A DNA stretch of 64,000 bases from an uncultured delta proteobacterium (GTDB lineage Bacteria > Desulfobacterota > Syntrophia > Syntrophales > UBA2185): positions 110,877 to 174,876 of the forward strand of contig CAVOID010000007.1 in assembly GCA_963695875.1 (NCBI GenBank), written 5' to 3'. Below, piece by piece: positions 1-11,579 of the stretch (its first letter is position 1; each line of letters starts with the position of its first letter). Position numbers and translations under genes: made by a program. The notes beneath the pieces are model-generated. The model did no database searches and was not told where the DNA came from. It saw only the letters and a list, made by a program, of their open reading frames with translations.

Positions 1-254
1 GAATAATCGACATACCTGCGCTTGTACGACGCATTATTACAGAGGACTTTTCTGAGTCATGGTTATTCGTCATTATGATCCGGATTTTTAAATTAAAAAA
101 TTTATTCCAATGTATATACTCTAAATTTCATTCTGATCGCAAACTTTTCTTTAATAATAAGTTTAAAAATCTATCTCTTGCTTTGCAAAAAAGTCTTGTA
201 ATTCCATGAAAAAATCCTTACTCTAATAGAAAAGAACGGGAAAGGGGAATTGCC

Positions 255-1561
255 ATGGAAACACAACTTGATCCCAAACTTCCGCTTTTGCAGAATGCCG
301 ACGTGGAGAATAAAATAGTCCTTTTGCGCGTTGACCATAATGTGGTCAAGAAAGGAGCCATCGAAGACCCGTTCAGAATAGATCAAACCATTGGAACTAT
401 CTTCAATATCGTTGAAAGGGGCGGCAGACCGATCATTATGACGCATATCGGAAGGCCGCGAGACAAGACAGGCAAAATTAAAGTAGACAAATCGACCTCG
501 GTTGAACCCATTGCGGAATATCTGGAGCGTAAGCTTCATACAAAGATCTACTGTCCCACATTCAGGCCGGAAGGTGATGAAGGAATAAAAAGCGTCGACA
601 CCTCGATAAATCTTGCCGTAAAGAATCTGAAAGAAAAAAGGATCGGCGCCATATACCTCCCGAATACGAGATGGTTCACGGGAGAAGAATCGAAAACGGA
701 GTACAGCGACTGACTTTGGCACGCCAATTGGCAGGCCTGGCCGATGTCTTCGTTAACGATGCGTTCGGCTCCTGGCAGCCGCATGTCTCCACCTATCACA
801 TCACGAAGTATCTCCCGTCGTTTGCGGGATATCTCATGCAAAAGGAAATACAGAATCTTTCGCAGGTTCTGCAACCCGAAAGGCCGTTCATCTCTGTCGT
901 GGCAGGCGCAAAGTACAATACGAAGATCGGACCTCTCAATGAAATCTATAAGAAAGTGGATAAATTGATCCTCGGCGGGATCATTTACAATACCTACCTG
1001 TGTGCAAAATATGATGTCTCAATCAGCGGTATCGAACAGGAAGATATCGAAGCCGCCGGTAATCTTGTCGAGATGGACAAGGAACAGCACAAGATACTGG
1101 AACTTCCATATGTGTATGAATCGGATACCATGGAAGGGAAGATTGAGGGAAAATACAGGATCAGGTCGATAAAGGAATTCAAAAAAGGCGCGAAACTTCC
1201 TTATATTCTGGATATTGCAAAAGAATCGTTCGAAGATCCGGAGATATCGGAAGCTCTGAACTCGGCAAGAACCATTTTTGTTAATGCCGTCATGGGATAT
1301 ACGCCGTATTTTACCGAAGGCTCTGCGGCCCTGGACAGCAAAATCGATCAGAATGCAGCGGCAAATAAGCTCTATGGAGGCGGGGATACGCTTCAGGAAT
1401 TTAAAAATCTGTGCCCCGGTCTTTATCTATCGACACTTGATAATTCGAAATACTATTTCTTCACGGGCGGCGGTACGGTGTTAAAGGCCATTGAGGAAGG
1501 TACACCATACGGTCTTGAGGCGGTGAAAGCGCTCATCGATAACGGCGGAAAATCTCCGTAA
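255..1561 (+). CDS. pgk: Phosphoglycerate kinase (frameshift near 710)
   Basis: ORF 255..713 has VLLRVDHNV and THIGRP; ORF 671..1561 has [22 protein letters not shown] and FTGGG. The two halves join across one indel. Confidence 0.92.
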
Positions 1562-1688
1562 AATTTACAGGACTAATTCCAATCCCCTCTTGCATGTCTG
1601 TGGTTGTTTCCAATTTCCCACCGATCAAGGCGGGAGAGGATGCGGCGATTCCTGGATAATATTAATTAATGTTAGAAAGGGCCATAAA

Positions 1689-2880
1689 ATGAAATTACAG
1701 ATTAAAAGTAACGTATCGTGGGTCGGCAAGGTTGATTGGGAACTCAGGAAATTTCACGGGAATGAATTGTCAACGCACCGGGGATCAACCTATAATTCAT
1801 ACTTGATAGAAGAAGAAAAGATTGCTTTGATTGACACGGCCTGGGCTCCCTTTGCCAAAGAGTACGTATCAAACCTCGGAAATGTCATAGACTTAAAGAA
1901 GATCGACTATATCATTGCCAACCACGCGGAGATTGATCACAGCGGTGCCCTGCCTGAACTGATGAGCTGCATTCCTGATACAGCCGATATACTGCACGGC
2001 AAATGGCATCAAGTCCCTTAAAGGCCACTACCATCAGGATTGGAATTTCCACGCAATAAGAACAGGGGAGCGTCTGAGCTTGGGGAAAAAGGAATTGATT
2101 TTTATAGAAGCGCCGATGCTGCACTGGCCGGACAGCATGTTCTGTTATTTAACGGGCGATAATATTTTATTCAGCAATGATGCCTTCGGCCAGCATTACG
2201 CATCCGAGTTTCGATTCAATGACCTCGTTGACCAGGAGGAATTAATGGCGGAAGCCATAAAGTATTATGCCAACATCCTGACGCCTTTCAGCCGATTTGT
2301 GGACAAAAAGATCAAGGAGGTTTTATCCTTCAAGCTGCCTGTTGACATTATTTGCACAAGCCACGGCGTTATCTGGCGGGATAATCCGGTGCAGATTATT
2401 GAGCAGTATTTGAAATGGGCAAACAAATACAAGGAAAACCAGATCACCATCGTTTACGATACCATGTGGAACGGCACCCGTATCATGGCTGAAAATATCG
2501 CCTCCGGGATAAAGCAGGCTGATCAGAAGGTAAACGTAAAGCTGTATAATATTGCCAAATCGGACAAGAATGACGTGATTACGGAGATTTTCAAATCCAA
2601 GGCCATCCTTGTCGGCTCGCCGACCATCAACAGGGGCATTCTGACTGCTGTTGCCGGCCTTCTGGAAGAAATAAAAGGCATGAAATTCCAGGACAAAAAG
2701 GCGGCTGCTTTTGGCTGCTACGGCTGGAGCGGCGAGTCCGTAAAGGTCATTTCACAGAACCTTGAATCTGCAGGCTTCCAAGTGGTTGACGGAGGTGTGA
2801 TGAGCCTGTGGAATCCGGATGGCAAGAGCATTGAGGCCTGCATTGAATATGGTAAGAAGGCGGCCGGACTTTTTATGTAA
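1689..2880 (+). CDS. fprA: Flavodiiron protein (FprA/rubredoxin:oxygen or NO reductase family), frameshift near 1985
   Basis: [36 protein letters not shown] metallo-beta-lactamase motifs plus flavodoxin domain ([20 protein letters not shown]). Confidence 0.9.
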
Positions 2881-2931
2881 TTGATCTGATGCCGGCGTTT
2901 AATTGATTGGTCTTGAGAATGGGAAAGAAGT

Positions 2932-2971
2932 GATCATCCGGGAGGCGGGAGGTTCAACCTCCCGGTTGATC
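2932..2971. terminator. Hairpin between convergent fprA and zraP-like genes
   Basis: gatcatccgggagg ... cctcccggttgatc, 14-bp stem with one mismatch. Confidence 0.55.
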
Positions 2972-2987
2972 GTTTGAAAGGGATTGT

Positions 2988-3541
2988 TTACTCGTTGCCG
3001 CCACCCGGGTTCATTCCTGGGCCAGCACCCGGGCCCATTCCCGGGCCACCACCATGATGGCCTGGGCCGTCATGCCATCCACGACCACCACCCATGCCAG
3101 GACCGAAGCCATGCCTCATTTTTAAAGACTTTAACTTTTCCCGCTGTTCCGGCGTCAGGACATTGAGGACGTCCAGTCGATAACTGGTCATTTTATCCTG
3201 CATCTGATCTCGCAGTGTTCCTGATTTCTTTCTGCGCCGCAATGATCTTATCCTTGTCCGGATTCGTCTGTAACCAGAGTAACTTTAAATCGCCCCGTCT
3301 TGCTGAACATCTTATCCTGAAGGGGTTTTATGTCTTTCAGATGGGCCTCACGAAGGGCATTGATTTTAGCCGTCTGTTCGGCAGTCAGGTTAAGTTCGGA
3401 CAGGGCTGTTATCTCACCACCGTAACAGGGTCCGCCGCCGTGCCCTCTTCCCCAACCGGGACCGAAGGCGAATGCGGAAGCCGCAAAAGCTGTCACAGCA
3501 ATCACTGTGACTAATGTCATAATCAATTTCTTCATTTTCAT
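2988..3541 (-). CDS. Periplasmic Spy/CpxP/ZraP-family protein (frameshifts near 3300 and 3245)
   Basis: Signal peptide (MKMKKLIMTLVTVIAVTAFAASAFA), LNLTAEQ and LTPEQ motifs, Gly/His/Met-rich termini, AAGGAGG RBS, divergent from a ZraSR-like pair. Confidence 0.8.
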
Positions 3542-3581
3542 ATCCTCCTTTAAATATTATTTGTTTTTGATATCAGTAGAG

Positions 3582-3597
3582 AGCAAGCAATGTGCCA
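3582..3597 (-). promoter_or_regulatory. Sigma54 -24/-12 promoter of the zraP-like gene
   Basis: Minus strand TGGCAC-ATTGC-TTGCT, an exact match to TGGCAC-N5-TTGCW, about 40 bp upstream of the start codon. Confidence 0.85.
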
Positions 3598-3750
3598 CAT
3601 AATCGGTATGTTATGTAACATATTTATATTGCTAGCTTCTTTGCAAATCATTTGCACTTTTTAGTCGCTCTTAAATCTACCACATGAAAAAATATGGATA
3701 ATAAGTATCCAGTTGTGGTATCCAGTTGACTAAAAAGTATCCAGGTAAGC

Positions 3751-5534
3751 ATGATGAATAACAAGAAATCAGAGGCAGCAGAAAGTTCTGGGCCGGTATC
3801 TCTCCATGGGTAATCATCGGGGCAGTGGTAATCATTGTGCCGATCTTTACTGCGATGACTATCGAAAGTATAAACAAACAGAAGGAATACACCATACAAC
3901 TTTTGGTTGAGAAAGGGAGCGGCACTGATCAGGTCTTTTGAAGCAGGCGCCCGAACGGGCATCGGAATGCGATGGAGCAGTTTTCAGCTCCAGAAACTAT
4001 TGATCGAAACGGCACAACAGCCGGACATCGATCATCTGATTGTCACCGATATCAATGGTACAATCGTGGCTGATAGTGACCCCTCGCTGATAGGGGAAAC
4101 ATACGGAACGGATCTTGATCTTACACGCATAGCCGCGTCGAAAAAAGTGGAATGGCGTCAGGTCCCCAATACTGAAGGCGCCGATACATTTGAAGTATAT
4201 CGCCAGTTTTCCCCTACAGAGAAGCCTTTTCAGGGATTTCGCGGCGGCTCAAAGTCAGATAACCAGCCATCATCATCGGCTAATGATAAATCCGCCGGAG
4301 AATCATCAGGATTTATTATTTTTGTCGGCATGGATATGGGCCCGATCATGGCGGCAAGAGAACAGGATACAGGGCACACAATCTGGATGTCCGTCATCTT
4401 TGTTCTGATCGGCATGCTCAGGTGTCATTTCCCTCTTTCTTGCCCAGGGTTACCGCTCAGCAAAGATCTCTCTCTCGAGGATTAAGGCCTTCTCGGACAG
4501 TTTGGTCGAAAACATGCCCATCGGTCTTGTTGCCATAAATGATCGGGGAGAGATCATCTCATTTAACCAGACTGCTGAATCCGTCCTGGGATATGCCTAT
4601 CAGGATGTTCTCGGGAAAAAGGGCGGATGAGATACTGCCCGCAGCCGTGCAAGGATGATACTGGGAAGCCTTAAAGACGAAAAAAAAATCATCGAAAAGG
4701 AAATAGACTGCCCGGTACACGGCGGCAGAATAGTTCCTCTGGAGGTAATTGCGGCAGACCTTGGAAGAGGATGATGGTGATTTTCTTGGTTATGTAATCC
4801 TTTTCCGGGATATTACTGAGGTTCAACACCTAAAAAAAGAAATGGAGAGGAGCCAGCGCCTTGCATCCCTCGGAGGTCTTGCGGCAGGGATTGCCCACGA
4901 AATCAGGAATCCTCTTGAGTTCCATCAAGGGCTTCGCCACCTTTTTCAAGGAACGCTACCGGGATAATCCGGAGGATCGGAAGACTGCTGAAATCATGGT
5001 GCAGGAGGTGGAGAGACTCAATCGGGTTATCGGCCAGCTTCTTGAATTTGCGAGGCCGATGGAGATGAACAGGCAGCGGACTTCCATCAACGAGGTGATA
5101 CGGCACACCCTGAAGATGATCGAAGGCGAAACGCGGGAGAGAAAAGATCGACATCCGCACGGATCTCTCCCAAGATATCGGGGATGTCCTGATGGATGCG
5201 GATAAGATTAAACAGGTACTCCTGAATCTGTACCTCAATTCCATCGGAGCCATGGAAAGCGGCGGTACACTTTCAATAGCTCGTCTTTCCGCCAGGGCAA
5301 CCGCATGATCAGGATTGATGTCTCCGATACGGGAAAGGGAATTGAAGAAAGAGATCTGGCCCACATCTTTGATCCGTACTTCACGACCAAACCGTCGGGG
5401 ACCGGCCTTGGACTGGCCATCGTCTACCGGATCATTGAAGCCCATGATGGTGAGATCAGGGTAAAGAGTAAGCCTGGAAAGGGACCACAGTATCGGTCTT
5501 CCTGCCGGTGGGCCATACATCTTTTACTTCTTGA
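3751..5534 (+). CDS. ZraS-like PAS sensor histidine kinase (many frameshifts)
   Basis: Fragments give TM helix ([15 protein letters not shown]), [19 protein letters not shown] (NMPIGLVAI), H-box ([12 protein letters not shown]), and HATPase ([20 protein letters not shown]). Confidence 0.82.
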
Positions 5535-5550
5535 ACACCTGTCCATTAAG

Positions 5551-5656
5551 TCTCCCTTTTACAAAGGGAGATTCAGAGGGATTTTTGATGATATAAAACC
5601 ACCCCCTAACCCCCGCCAGCGGGGGACAGCCTCCTTGCCCCCTTTAGAAAAGAGGG
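5551..5656. repeat. Cluster of C/G-rich palindromes between kinase and regulator genes
   Basis: tctccctt-ttaca-aagggaga, cccccgc-ca-gcggggg and ccccctttagaaaagaggg hairpins. Confidence 0.55.
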
Positions 5657-5685
5657 TGAGTAAATCTCATGGAAGGTTACAAAGT

Positions 5686-7055
5686 ATGAAGGCAAAAAGT
5701 ACTATTTTAGTTGTGGATGACGATCTTGCGCATAGGACAATGCTGCGGACGCTGCTCGGCGGATGGGGCTATGATGTTGCTGAGGCCGATGACGGGGAGA
5801 AAGCTATCGAAGCTGTTCATCAGAAGCCTTTTGATCTGATACTGATGGATATCCGCATGGTCAGGGTCTCCGGATTGGAAGCCCTCGCAGAGATAAAGAA
5901 ATTAAATCCCGCCATTCCCGTAGTAATCATGACTGCCTATGCCTCGGTAGAAACGGCTGTAAAGGCCCTGAAAGAAGGGGCCTACGATTACCTTACCAAG
6001 CCACTCGATTTCGACGAACTGAAGTTTACCATCGAGCGGGCCATGGAACACACCCGCTTGAAGGAGGAAAACCGCCACCTCCGGGAGAGTCTTGCTTCCC
6101 AATTTAACAGGCAAAACCTGATCGGGCGCAGTCCCGCTATGGCAAGACTTATGGACACTATCGCCCAGGTTGCGCCTTCCGAGGCAACGGTTCTGATTAC
6201 CGGCGAATCCGGTACCGGAAAAGAAATGATCGCGGGAGCCATCCATTTTAACAGCCTGCGGAAAGACGGACCTTTTGTGAAAATCAACTGCGCAGCGATT
6301 ACCGAAACCCTTCTCGAATCCGAGCTCTTCGGCCATGAGAAAGGCGCCTTTACCGGCGCCGACAGAAGGAAGGAAGGAAAATTCCGGCAGGCCGAAGGCG
6401 GCACCATATTCCTGGATGAGGTCAGCGAAATGTCCCCGGCCATGCAGGTCAAGTTGTTACGCGTTTTACAGGAAAGAGAAATCACCCGTGTCGGAGGTGA
6501 TGAAGTTATCAAGGTCGATGTACGGGTTATCGCGGCCACCAATAAAGACCTGATACGTGAGATGGAAGCCGGTCGTTTCCGCGATGATCTCTATTACCGT
6601 CTGAATGTGGTAACGATTAATGTACCTCCCTTGAGGGAGCGGAGGGAAGACATACCCCTCATTGCACAGCACTTTCTCAATATGTTTGCTGAAGAAAAAT
6701 CATAAAAACATCAAGGGATTCACCCCTCAGGTCATGGATCGGCTTCTGAAATACAACTGGCCGGGCAATGTCCGGGAACTTATGAATGCCGTGGAACGGG
6801 GGGTTGTGCTTTCACGCTCGGATTATTTGGATGAAGGAGAGTTAGTTCTCGCCCTCCGGGACCATATACTGCCGGAAGACAGCCTCTTTACTGAAAATAT
6901 CAACGGAGGAGATGCCCCTGGAAGCGGTTGAGAAGGAGGCGATAATGAAAACACTGGAAATGGCCGGTGGAAACAAAAGCGAAGCAGCCAGGCGGCTCGG
7001 CATCACCAGGCGTACCCTGCATATGAAACTAAAAAAATATGGAATGATGATGTAA
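5686..7055 (+). CDS. ZraR/NtrC-family sigma54-dependent response regulator (frameshifts near 6695 and 6920)
   Basis: Receiver ([15 protein letters not shown]), AAA+ ([27 protein letters not shown]) and Fis HTH ([17 protein letters not shown]). Confidence 0.9.
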
Positions 7056-7072
7056 AAGTTAATGGAGTTAAA

Positions 7073-7191
7073 TGTCATTCCGGTGAACCGAAGCCCTGAA
7101 CGTAGTGAAGGGGAATGTGAGGAATCTTTTAATATACCTTCTTTTGGTCGGGACAAAGATTTCTCAGTCACTCTGTTCCTTCGAAATGACA
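7073..7191. repeat. TGTCATT...AATGACA palindromic element
   Basis: Ends tgtcattccg / cgaaatgaca with inner stem tgaggaatcttt / aaagatttctca; lies between convergent genes. Confidence 0.7.
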
Positions 7192-7210
7192 CCCTTTTTG
7201 CAGTTTGGTA

Positions 7211-8269
7211 CTAAATCAAACCGGCAACAAGGTCGCCTACATCGCTTGTTGAATAACCCATCTGGCCGGCACTGAGGCTTTTAATTTTTCCCCCTACAAC
7301 TATTTTTACAGATTTTTCTACAGCCATTGCAGCCGTTTCTTCTCCCAATGTCTCCAGCATCATCTGACCGGCCATGATCGCGGCCAGCGGATTGACTACA
7401 TTCAAGCCTGTATATTTAGGCGCCGAACCGCCAATGGGCTCGAACATGGAAACACCCTGGGGATTTATATTGCCGCCTGCGGCTATGCCCATACCTCCCT
7501 GGATCATCGCCCCAAGGTCTGTTATGATGTCACCGAACATATTATCCGTCACGATAACGTCGAACCATTCGGGGTTTTTTACCATCCACATGCAGACCGC
7601 ATCCACATGGGCGTAATCGGTCTTGATATCGGGATATTCCTTAGCCACTTCGTAGAATGTCCTTTCCCATAGGTCGAATGCATACGTCAGCACATTCGTC
7701 TTACCGCAAAGCGTCAGCTTCTTAGCCTTGTTGCGCTTGCGGCAGTATTCGAAGGCAAATCTTACACATCGCTCCACTCCCTTGCGCGTGTTTACGGATT
7801 CCTGTATGGCGATCTCATCCGGCGTGCCTTTCTTTAAAAACCCGCCCGCACCCGCGTAGAGGCCTTCGCTGTTTTCCCGGACAACAACAAAATCTATATC
7901 TTCCGGTTTCTTGTCTTTCAAAGGCGTATCCACTCCGGGATACAGTATGACCGGCCTCAGATTTATATACTGGTCCAGGCTGAAACGAAGCTTAAGCAGT
8001 ATGCCTTTTTCCAGGATGCCCGGGTTGACATCGGGGTGGCCGATGGCGCCCAGGTAGATTGCGTCATACTTCCTCAGTTCTTCAAGCGTTTCATCGCTCA
8101 ACACTTCGCCGGTACGCTTATATCGCTCACCACCCAGATCGTAATGGGAGAGATCCAGTTTGAAGCCGAACCTTGCCGATGCAGCCTTCAGGACTTTCAG
8201 TCCTTCTGCAATAACCTCGGGCCCTGTTCCGTCTCCGGGAATAACAGCGATTCTGTATGACTTTCCCAT
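7211..8269 (-). CDS. leuB: 3-isopropylmalate dehydrogenase
   Basis: [51 protein letters not shown]. The family also contains tartrate/homoisocitrate dehydrogenases. Confidence 0.8.
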   Translation of the reverse strand: MGKSYRIAVIPGDGTGPEVIAEGLKVLKAASARFGFKLDLSHYDLGGERYKRTGEVLSDETLEELRKYDAIYLGAIGHPDVNPGILEKGILLKLRFSLDQYINLRPVILYPGVDTPLKDKKPEDIDFVVVRENSEGLYAGAGGFLKKGTPDEIAIQESVNTRKGVERCVRFAFEYCRKRNKAKKLTLCGKTNVLTYAFDLWERTFYEVAKEYPDIKTDYAHVDAVCMWMVKNPEWFDVIVTDNMFGDIITDLGAMIQGGMGIAAGGNINPQGVSMFEPIGGSAPKYTGLNVVNPLAAIMAGQMMLETLGEETAAMAVEKSVKIVVGGKIKSLSAGQMGYSTSDVGDLVAGLI

Positions 8270-8298
8270 TATTTTATCCTCCTGCGTGAATAGTTTGC

Positions 8299-8859
8299 TT
8301 ATAATCCCAGCCGATCGCTGATTTCTTTCATCGCCTGCAGACATATCTCTGCAAATTCGTCTAGTGAAAGACCTAGTTTTTCACATTCCATAATCGTATC
8401 CCGATTGACGGATGCCGCAAAGGCCTTTTCCTTCATTCTTTTAGTTACTGACTTTGTCTTGACGCTCGCCAGTTTTTTATCAGGATAGACAAGGGCAGTG
8501 GCAACGATCAGGCCGGTGATGGTCTCGCCGGCGGCCAGGGCGTGATGGAATACAGAATTGCGTTTCATTCCCCAGGCCGTTTCATTGTGCATTTTGATCG
8601 CATCGATAATCTCCGGATCGATGCCTCTTTCGCTGAGAATCCTCTCTGTTTCCAGCGTATGGATGGATAGATCATCATTCACAATTTCCAAATCCAGATC
8701 ATGGAGCAATCCTGCAATACCCCACTTTTCATCATCTTCCCCCAACCTGCGAGCCAGTGCCTTCATCACCGCTTCGGATGCATAACAATGAGACAACATT
8801 CTCTCATTCTTGATGCGCTGGTTCAACAACTCAATCGCTTCTTCTCTAGTAATAGTCAT
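8299..8859 (-). CDS. HD-domain (HDIG) hydrolase
   Basis: H...GLLHDLD...H motifs and the KxFAASVNR signature of small HD proteins. Confidence 0.8.
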   Translation of the reverse strand: MTITREEAIELLNQRIKNERMLSHCYASEAVMKALARRLGEDDEKWGIAGLLHDLDLEIVNDDLSIHTLETERILSERGIDPEIIDAIKMHNETAWGMKRNSVFHHALAAGETITGLIVATALVYPDKKLASVKTKSVTKRMKEKAFAASVNRDTIMECEKLGLSLDEFAEICLQAMKEISDRLGL

Positions 8860-8936
8860 GTGTTATCCCCTGCTTTGAGTTTATTATCGGTTCGTTTTAA
8901 AAAATAGTGTCACGCGAGACACGAACCTGCAAAACG

Positions 8937-8958
8937 GTAGGATAGGCATCCCGCCCGT
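8937..8958 (+). repeat. Single GTAG-type REP-like palindrome
   Basis: gtag followed by gataggcatcccgcccgt, an imperfect hairpin. Confidence 0.35.
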
Positions 8959-9120
8959 TTGTAAAATTGAATAGAATAAAATTGGTGTTAGTTACTAACA
9001 CATCCCCGCAACAGTTACAATTTGTTTCCTCTCTTATATAAAGCGAGGGGTAAAAATGTACTTGTCAAGATTATAATTAATTGTTACAAAATAATAAAAA
9101 ATCTATAAGGATGGACAGCC

Positions 9121-10056
9121 ATGGGAGAAGGCATTTCGGACTATACAAAATTTACCGTCGATCTGCGCAGACACATGTGGAAGGCAGGGGTGGAAATTGA
9201 ACTGCGCCGGCTCATATGGCAGATCGCTGTCATGGGGAAATACATCTCCGCTAAAATTCATGAGTCAAATCGGAAACTGGCGGGCCTCAGGAACATTTAC
9301 GGTGAAGAGCAGCTGACTCTGGACAGAAGCGCCGACGAAATTCTCAAGAACCAGCTCGAGTATTCAGGGTTTGTCCGGGAATACGCATCAGAAGAACAGG
9401 ATTCAGTGATTCAGATCGGCAAGGGAGAAGAAAAGTACTTCATCACTGCAGATCCCCTGGACGGCTCTTCCTTGGTCGATACCAATCTGGCCATAGGAAC
9501 GATAATCGGCATTCATAAAGAACCGATATTGGCCGAAGGGAGAAAAACGTTGGCGGCGGCCATGTACATCACATATGGCCCGCTGATTACGATGGTCTAT
9601 TCCGCGGGAAAGGGAACCCACGAATTTGTGTTGAATAGAGAAGGGGAATACGTTCTTTCCGAGGAAAGCATCACTTTGAAGGAAAGGGGAGACATATACG
9701 GCTTGGGTGGTTTGAGAAAGGACTGGACTCCGGGACACCTCAAATATATAGAATTCTTGGAAAACGAAGGATACAAGCTCCGTTACAGCGGAGGGTTTGT
9801 GCCCGATATCAACCAGGTGCTGATCAAGAGAGGGGGTATCTTTACATACCCTGCACTCAAGAAGAGCCCCAATGGGAAGTTACGGCTTCTGTTTGAACTT
9901 CAACCCATGGCATTCATCATTGAACAGGCCGGAGGTATGGCCACGGACGGCAAAAGGGATATCCTATCCATCAACGTGGCGGAACTTAATCAACGTTGTC
10001 CGATTTACATCGGAAGCCGTTTTGAGGTGGAAAAGGCGAAGGAATTTCTTGCCTAA
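9121..10056 (+). CDS. fbp: Class I fructose-1,6-bisphosphatase
   Basis: GEEQLTLD, ASEE, DPLDGSS, RYSG, GKLRLLFE, EQAGG. Confidence 0.95.
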   Translation: MGEGISDYTKFTVDLRRHMWKAGVEIELRRLIWQIAVMGKYISAKIHESNRKLAGLRNIYGEEQLTLDRSADEILKNQLEYSGFVREYASEEQDSVIQIGKGEEKYFITADPLDGSSLVDTNLAIGTIIGIHKEPILAEGRKTLAAAMYITYGPLITMVYSAGKGTHEFVLNREGEYVLSEESITLKERGDIYGLGGLRKDWTPGHLKYIEFLENEGYKLRYSGGFVPDINQVLIKRGGIFTYPALKKSPNGKLRLLFELQPMAFIIEQAGGMATDGKRDILSINVAELNQRCPIYIGSRFEVEKAKEFLA

Positions 10057-10081
10057 AAGCTAATGGTGGAGGGCGAATGCT

Positions 10082-11482
10082 ATGGCTACGACCTATGAAA
10101 GCATCGATCAATTGAAAAAAGGCTTGGAAGGGATTCTAAAGATTTCAGATGGAGATGTACATGTGCTGGATGGCGTAAAGCTGCGGAGTATCCTCATTGA
10201 CGACCTTATCTTTACGGCAGTATTCAGTACTCAGGAAGAGACCAGGAAAGCCGCCCGGTGGTTGATACGCAGGGCAGGAGCTGCCCTGGAAATTCTTTCA
10301 ACGTCTATCCAACCCCTTTATGAGGCCATGGGTCGTAAAGAAGTATCGGGCTTCACGGTACCGGCCATTAATATCAGGGCTCTCACCTATGATGTTGCCC
10401 AGGCCGTGCTCCGTGCCGCCATGAAGGGTAAAGCCGGTCCCGTGATCTTTGAAATTGCCCGTTCGGAAATCGACTATACCCTTCAGCGTCCCGAGGAGTA
10501 TACCTGTGCAGTGACAGCCGCGGCAATCAAGGTTGGGTATGAGGGACCTCTCTTCCTCCAGGGCGATCATTTTCAGCTGAGTGCGAAAAAATTTGTCTCC
10601 GAGCCTGCTAAGGAAGTTCAGAAAGTTAAAGACCTGATCTGGGAAGCCATCGAGGCGGGGTTTTACAATATCGACATCGATTCCTCGACTCTTGTGGATT
10701 TATCAAAACCGACGGTGATGGAGCAGCAGAAAACGAACTACAGCCTTGCCGCGGAGTTGACTACAATGATAAGGGATCTTGAGCCGGCTGGTATGACGAT
10801 TTCTGTGGGCGGTGAAATCGGAGAGGTTGGCGGGAAAAACAGTACGGTGGAAGAATTGCAAGCCTTTATGTCCGGCTATTTGAAGGACTTGGAAAAGGGC
10901 GGCGAAGATATGAAAGGCATCAGCAAGATCAGTGTGCAGTCAGGTACAACCCACGGAGGTGTTCCCCTGCCGGATGGAACTATCGCCAAGGTCAAGCTGG
11001 ACTTTGATACCCTGGAAAAACTGTCCGAAGTTGCAAGGAAAGAGTACGGTCTTGCCGGCGCTGTCCAGCACGGAGCTTCCACTCTGCCCAATGAGGCTTT
11101 TGACAGGTTTCCGAAGACCGGCACAGCGGAAATCCATCTGGCAACGGGATTTCAAAATATGATCTATGACAGCAAACACCTTCCGGGCGCTCTCAGGGAT
11201 CAGATATATCAGTACATAAAAAAGGAGCTGATAGGCGAGAAAAAAGATACGGATACGGAAGAGCAGTTTATCTACAAGACCCGGAAAAAGGGTTTCGGTC
11301 CGTTCAAAAAAGAACTGTGGCATCTCCCCAAAGAGGCGTTACGGGCTATCAGCGATGAGCTGGAAAACCAGTTTACTTTCCTTTTTGAAAAACTGAACGT
11401 CAAAAACAACGCTGCCGTTGTTACGAAATACATTAAGCCCATCGATGTCCCGCTAAAAGTGCCTGAAGCCCTGAAGGCATAG
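10082..11482 (+). CDS. fba: Class II fructose-bisphosphate aldolase (long form)
   Basis: VPAIN, QGDH, IDIDSS, GGEIGEVGG, GTTHGG, VQHGAS; directly downstream of fbp. Confidence 0.88.
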   Translation: MATTYESIDQLKKGLEGILKISDGDVHVLDGVKLRSILIDDLIFTAVFSTQEETRKAARWLIRRAGAALEILSTSIQPLYEAMGRKEVSGFTVPAINIRALTYDVAQAVLRAAMKGKAGPVIFEIARSEIDYTLQRPEEYTCAVTAAAIKVGYEGPLFLQGDHFQLSAKKFVSEPAKEVQKVKDLIWEAIEAGFYNIDIDSSTLVDLSKPTVMEQQKTNYSLAAELTTMIRDLEPAGMTISVGGEIGEVGGKNSTVEELQAFMSGYLKDLEKGGEDMKGISKISVQSGTTHGGVPLPDGTIAKVKLDFDTLEKLSEVARKEYGLAGAVQHGASTLPNEAFDRFPKTGTAEIHLATGFQNMIYDSKHLPGALRDQIYQYIKKELIGEKKDTDTEEQFIYKTRKKGFGPFKKELWHLPKEALRAISDELENQFTFLFEKLNVKNNAAVVTKYIKPIDVPLKVPEALKA

Positions 11483-11579
11483 GCCCTTCACTTTCTTTAC
11501 TAAAGTCAATCTCAGCATCCTTTTCTAACGGGGTTGGGGTATTTTAAAAGATATGGCAATTCTGGTGATATAATATCAA

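Noticed and set aside
5305..6705. Apparent HATPase-receiver-AAA hybrid protein (466-aa ORF)
   Set aside because: An indel near 5480 shifts the kinase end ([11 protein letters not shown], stop at 5534) into a frame that reads through a palindromic repeat into the regulator; they are two genes.
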